In this document: piece by piece, positions 60,101-64,000 of the stretch
Layout of the letters: each line of letters opens with the position of its first letter
Numbering within the stretch: position 1 is the first letter of the stretch
NCBI GenBank assembly: GCA_037447605.1
Contig: CM074819.1
Span: 2,283,580-2,347,579 of the forward strand
Length of the DNA stretch: 64,000 nt
DNA from: Zygnema circumcarinatum SAG 698-1b
Taxonomy: Eukaryota; Plantae; Zygnematophyceae
Direction: 5' to 3'
Notes under the pieces: generated by a model
The model's database searches: none
What the model saw: the letters and a program-made list of their open reading frames with translations, nothing else
What the model was told of the DNA's origin: nothing
Program-made: the position numbers and the translations under genes

Positions 60101-63100
60101 CATTTGAATGACAAGTGCATAGACCGACGACAATCTAAGAAGCAAGGTCAGCCAAAAGAAGCAGTAGCTCCTGTTAGAAGTCCTGATGACATTCCAATCG
60201 AAAACTATCCTTGGGCAGTCCCAAGAAAGGGGGACATGCCTTGGCAAGATCGCCGACGAGGGCCAAAGCGCTCTGCCGCACATCGTGTGCCTCCTTGTCG
60301 TTGCAGCACTGCAGCAGCAGCTCGAGCAGGTCGCTCCTCGCCACCTGCACACTCCCTCGCCCCCTCAGAGGCGGCCCTTGCGGGGGGGGGCCCTTCCGCG
60401 GCTGCGTGCGTGCAAGGCCGGCGAGGGCGAGGGCGAGGGCCCACCATAGGCTCCACGGAGGACTGCAGACCCTCCGCAATGCCCGCGAGCAGGTCGAGCG
60501 AGCACACGATGTACTCCTTATCGTAGGCCACTCCCGCCCGCCCAGGGTCCGCCTGCAGGCCCCCACTTGACCCACACGCATGCTGTCAAAACATTTCTCT
60601 ACACTCACTTACTCACTCACTCACTTTCCTTCTTTTCTTTCTTTTCTCTTTCTCTTTCTCTATTTCTCTACAGAAGGTCTGGGAGGCGAAGAGTGAAGAA
60701 CTGCACGTATAACAGATTAGAGCCAAAGCCACAACCACCACTTAAGTGGATGTTGTTCAAGCACAATTCGGCTATACCCGTCCCCTTAGTGACCCCGTCT
60801 CCTTAGTGAGCATCACTAAAGGTCCTCTTTGACATAACTGGTGAAACGGATAAGAGAGGCAGAGGTCCACCTTGGCCAGTAGGTGCGAACGAATAAGGGT
60901 AATACATCGACCAAAAACAGGTTCTGCATAAGGCAAAAATTCTGATCCGAGAGCCTGCATCGCCCATGCAAGTACAAGATTGAAAATCAGCCCTCCTTCA
61001 ATCATAGTACTGCTTCAAGCCTTGACAAAGTCCTCATTGCCTGCTGACATCGAAACGTGCAGGACCTACTTGTTACAACTGGCCAGCAGCTCCCTCACCT
61101 GCGCTATAGATGTAAAGCACTCAAGAAGAGGGAAGAGGTCCTTGTCATTGTCGAGAATTTGATCCCATTTGCGCATTAAGGGAGGCATAAGGATATTCAA
61201 ATACTTGGACTGCAACACAGAGAAACAATTACTCAGAGGAAGAGACTTCCGCGCTACAAATCGTAAAAGCAACGAACTGCAGCATGCTTCACGACCGCCC
61301 ATCCGCCCGAGAATGATGTGCAAAAGTAAGAGCACCCTTTGCTCTCCACACGCAGCCAACATCGGTCACACATTTACACACTTACAGATTTTCAAACATC
61401 GAGAGTGAAAATGAATGTCTCTAATTGGAATGATGTGGACCGCACATCACCGATGCACAATCCCCACAAGAACAGGAGAATGAAGAAAGGCAGTCTCACA
61501 CCCAACAGAAACAATACTTTGCCCGTTACCGCGGGATAAGGCTGCCTGTAATCACCTGGCTCAGCTCTTGCCCTACACATTCAGCAAGTGTGCCAATGGC
61601 GTCGTACAACATACGTAAATTCCGTCTCTGCAGAAACCCCAGAGGTGCTCGTTTTAGACGCACAGCGTTTCAAGGATTTGTCCAAAAAAATGGTCGATGG
61701 ATACAGCAAAAGTGCTCGGATAAAACACCCACAAGCATGCGCATTCAATTTGCTTGAAATTGACTACTCACTGACATACGCAGTAGGGCCTCCAAGAACA
61801 CTTACGTGATACCTATCAAATGCATACATAAGGTGCTGTAGAATGGGCTCCAATCGAGGGGGCAGCTCATCGGCAGCCTCCTGTACACCCAAACCATGCG
61901 ACATAAGGCGAGCACCCGGTTGCTACAGCGCACGCACACACGCCTCCAACGAGCAGGAAGGAAGGGCAGCATGCAGAGAGAGAGAGAGCGCGAGCAGAAG
62001 CGGACCTCCTCCAAGGTGGCGAATGCGGAGCACGCTGCCTCCTGCACGCGCTTGTTGGGGTCCAAAATGCGCTGCAGCAGGCCTGTGAGGACCACGTCAA
62101 ACTGCACCTGCCCCTCGGGGGTCTGCACTGCCTGCAGTTCCTCCCCTCCTTTCCAAGGCCATGTCAGCAACAAACCAGATGCAGCGAGGAGTCGAACGAT
62201 AGCGGGGTGATAGCGTGCATAGACCGCCGCGATTGCTTACCTCCACGAGCCACCGTCCATACCGTGAAAGGGTCCAGCATGTAATACTGCGAACAAGAGG
62301 CCGCCCATCGTCCAACATTGGCAATATGAAGGAAACTATCTGCAGGTCCCTCACTAGCAGTTAAGTCAGCAAAAAAAACGTCAAATTCTGTACCGGTCGA
62401 AGCATCGCCCTATTGGTGGAGTTCAAACTTGGAGTCCCATAAAGGACGCTCCGTAAGTTTTCAAAGATCTGAAAGAACTGCAATGTATCTCAGTAGTGTC
62501 CAGAAAACGACTGGCAACAACTGTGTGGAGCCCGTGACAATGGGTCACTGTCAGTTCCCTTACCTGGGTCAGTGACGGCAGCAGACCATTGATGCAACCC
62601 TCTGCCACTGCCCCCAAGGCCAAAATTGCTGCTTCACGCTCCTTCCATCCAGCATCTGTCTTGTCGGTCATTCGCGTCTGCAATGTCCATTCCTTTCTCA
62701 TTGTTATACTGACCGAAACTAGAGTCTGTCCCTCAACTTGATGCTGCCAGCTCTGGCGATTGATGGGAAGTGGAGAGCACCGACCTGAATGAGAGGCATG
62801 AGAATGGGCAGCAGCTCGTCCCCGAGATGCACGGAGAGGATGTCGAGCCCCGCCGCGCTGCACTTGCGCAGATTCCACACGCTCACCGCGTCATCGTCGT
62901 CCTGCGCGTTTTTAGGGTTTTTAGGGGGTTTTTTTTTTCGCGCGCCCTCAGCAGCTTGGCCGGACGGAACTGAGCGCTGGCACATTCATAGTTGTGGCTG
63001 TAACTCACCTCGCCGTCCTCAACACCATCACTGCCATGCACCCTCATCTTGTGAAAGCGCGGTTTCAAGTCCTGCAGTCCCAATATTCCATTCCAAATAG

Positions 63101-64000
63101 CAGAACGTGACAATCATTAAAACTGTGATGTTTCCATGGTTGAGATGTACGAGTTTGAAAATGGAAAAGCAACGGGATAACTACAATTCTAAGTAATGGT
63201 AGTTGTGTCTGAGTCACTTTGTTAGCTCAGACTTGACTCTTAATAGTCAAATCTATCTCAGGGCCACTTCATATCGACCAGAGCTGCCGGCAATTTATCT
63301 GTGTCCAAAGGCGCCGTTGATTTTTTAGCAGTCCCTGAGTCATAACTTCGGTTGATATGCCTTACAATTACATGACCTTGAGAACACTCTTTCGGCTTCC
63401 CTACCTTCTATGGTTCATGCCATAACGAGTAAGAACCATCGACTTAGACGTAGACCTTTATAACGCAAACTCAGGTCGCCCGATGGTCGAGAGAGACCCC
63501 TCACCTTCCAAATCAACTAAGAGCACGGGTACTATTTAACACCAATTGTAAGGCAGGACATACCACCAGCCAATACTCAGGTCAGCTGACACACATTGCA
63601 CTCTCAAAATACGACACCATGGTGATAAGAAGAGGTGGCATACCTGATCCCTGTCAGGCGCATTGCTGTCCTCCTGAGGACAGCCCACTCCCAAACAGCC
63701 AACAGCCGTCAGTTGCTCCTAACGGCAATGGAAAGCATGCCGTGCTCCTGCAACCACAAAGGGTGGAGTACATGCACACACCTCAACCTCGAGCACCGCC
63801 TCATCATCATCTTCATAAACCATGTTGGAGAGGAGCACCTGCACATGCATCCCCCTCTTTTCCATCAGCTGTTGAAAGTAAAGTTGAGCAAAAAATGCTC
63901 CGTTAAAAGAAAAACTACAAGTCCGAAAAAGGTACAGGTTGCACGGTATCTCACCTCAACCAAGCGAGGCAGAATGTCTCTTAAGAGATTAGGAGGTAGT
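57114..64000 (-). CDS. TRN1: Transportin-1 (importin beta-2); 5' end lies outside the window
   Basis: [18 protein letters not shown] acidic loop, [97 protein letters not shown]. Last exon [27 protein letters not shown] ends at 57114. Confidence 0.95.

Noticed and set aside
62908-62930. TTTAGGG telomere-like motifs
   Set aside because: Only one or two copies, inside a TRN1 exon (coding for PKNPKN). They are not an interstitial telomeric array.

Overview
Eukaryotic, intron-rich nuclear DNA from a green streptophyte, most likely a streptophyte alga (a hornwort cannot be excluded). This is inferred from land-plant-like housekeeping genes occurring alongside LCIB, which angiosperms lack. The supplied ORF track is mostly exon fragments and repeat-derived noise, so I built the gene models by hand from GT/GC-AG splice sites. 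Ten protein-coding genes are supported. The left 17.3 kb holds four co-oriented (minus-strand) genes with plastid-type N-termini: a SEX4/LSF-family dual-specificity phosphatase with an LSF1-like P-loop (runs off the left edge), a thylakoid-type bestrophin (BST/VCCN family), and two tandem LCIB-family beta-carbonic-anhydrase-like genes. This looks like a physically clustered CO2-concentrating-mechanism (CCM) module. Its unusual features are: (i) both LCIBs carry a conserved hydrophobic GxxxG helix after the transit peptide (candidate membrane anchor); (ii) the bestrophin N-terminus carries three HxxSCxCxxC repeats; (iii) the LCIB promoters carry dense CCGTAC (SBP-box/CuRE-type) clusters plus G-boxes; (iv) the two LCIBs share a 370-bp identical tract that includes an intron. 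The rest of the window holds a PHD-TFIIS-SPOC gene, V-ATPase subunit E, a small Gly-rich membrane protein, a PPR-SMR gene (GUN1/pTAC2-like), ARF-GEF BIG5 and transportin-1 (runs off the right edge). It also contains an octamer-based minisatellite and an array of short palindromes. I found no rRNA, tRNA, CRISPR array or recognisable transposase.
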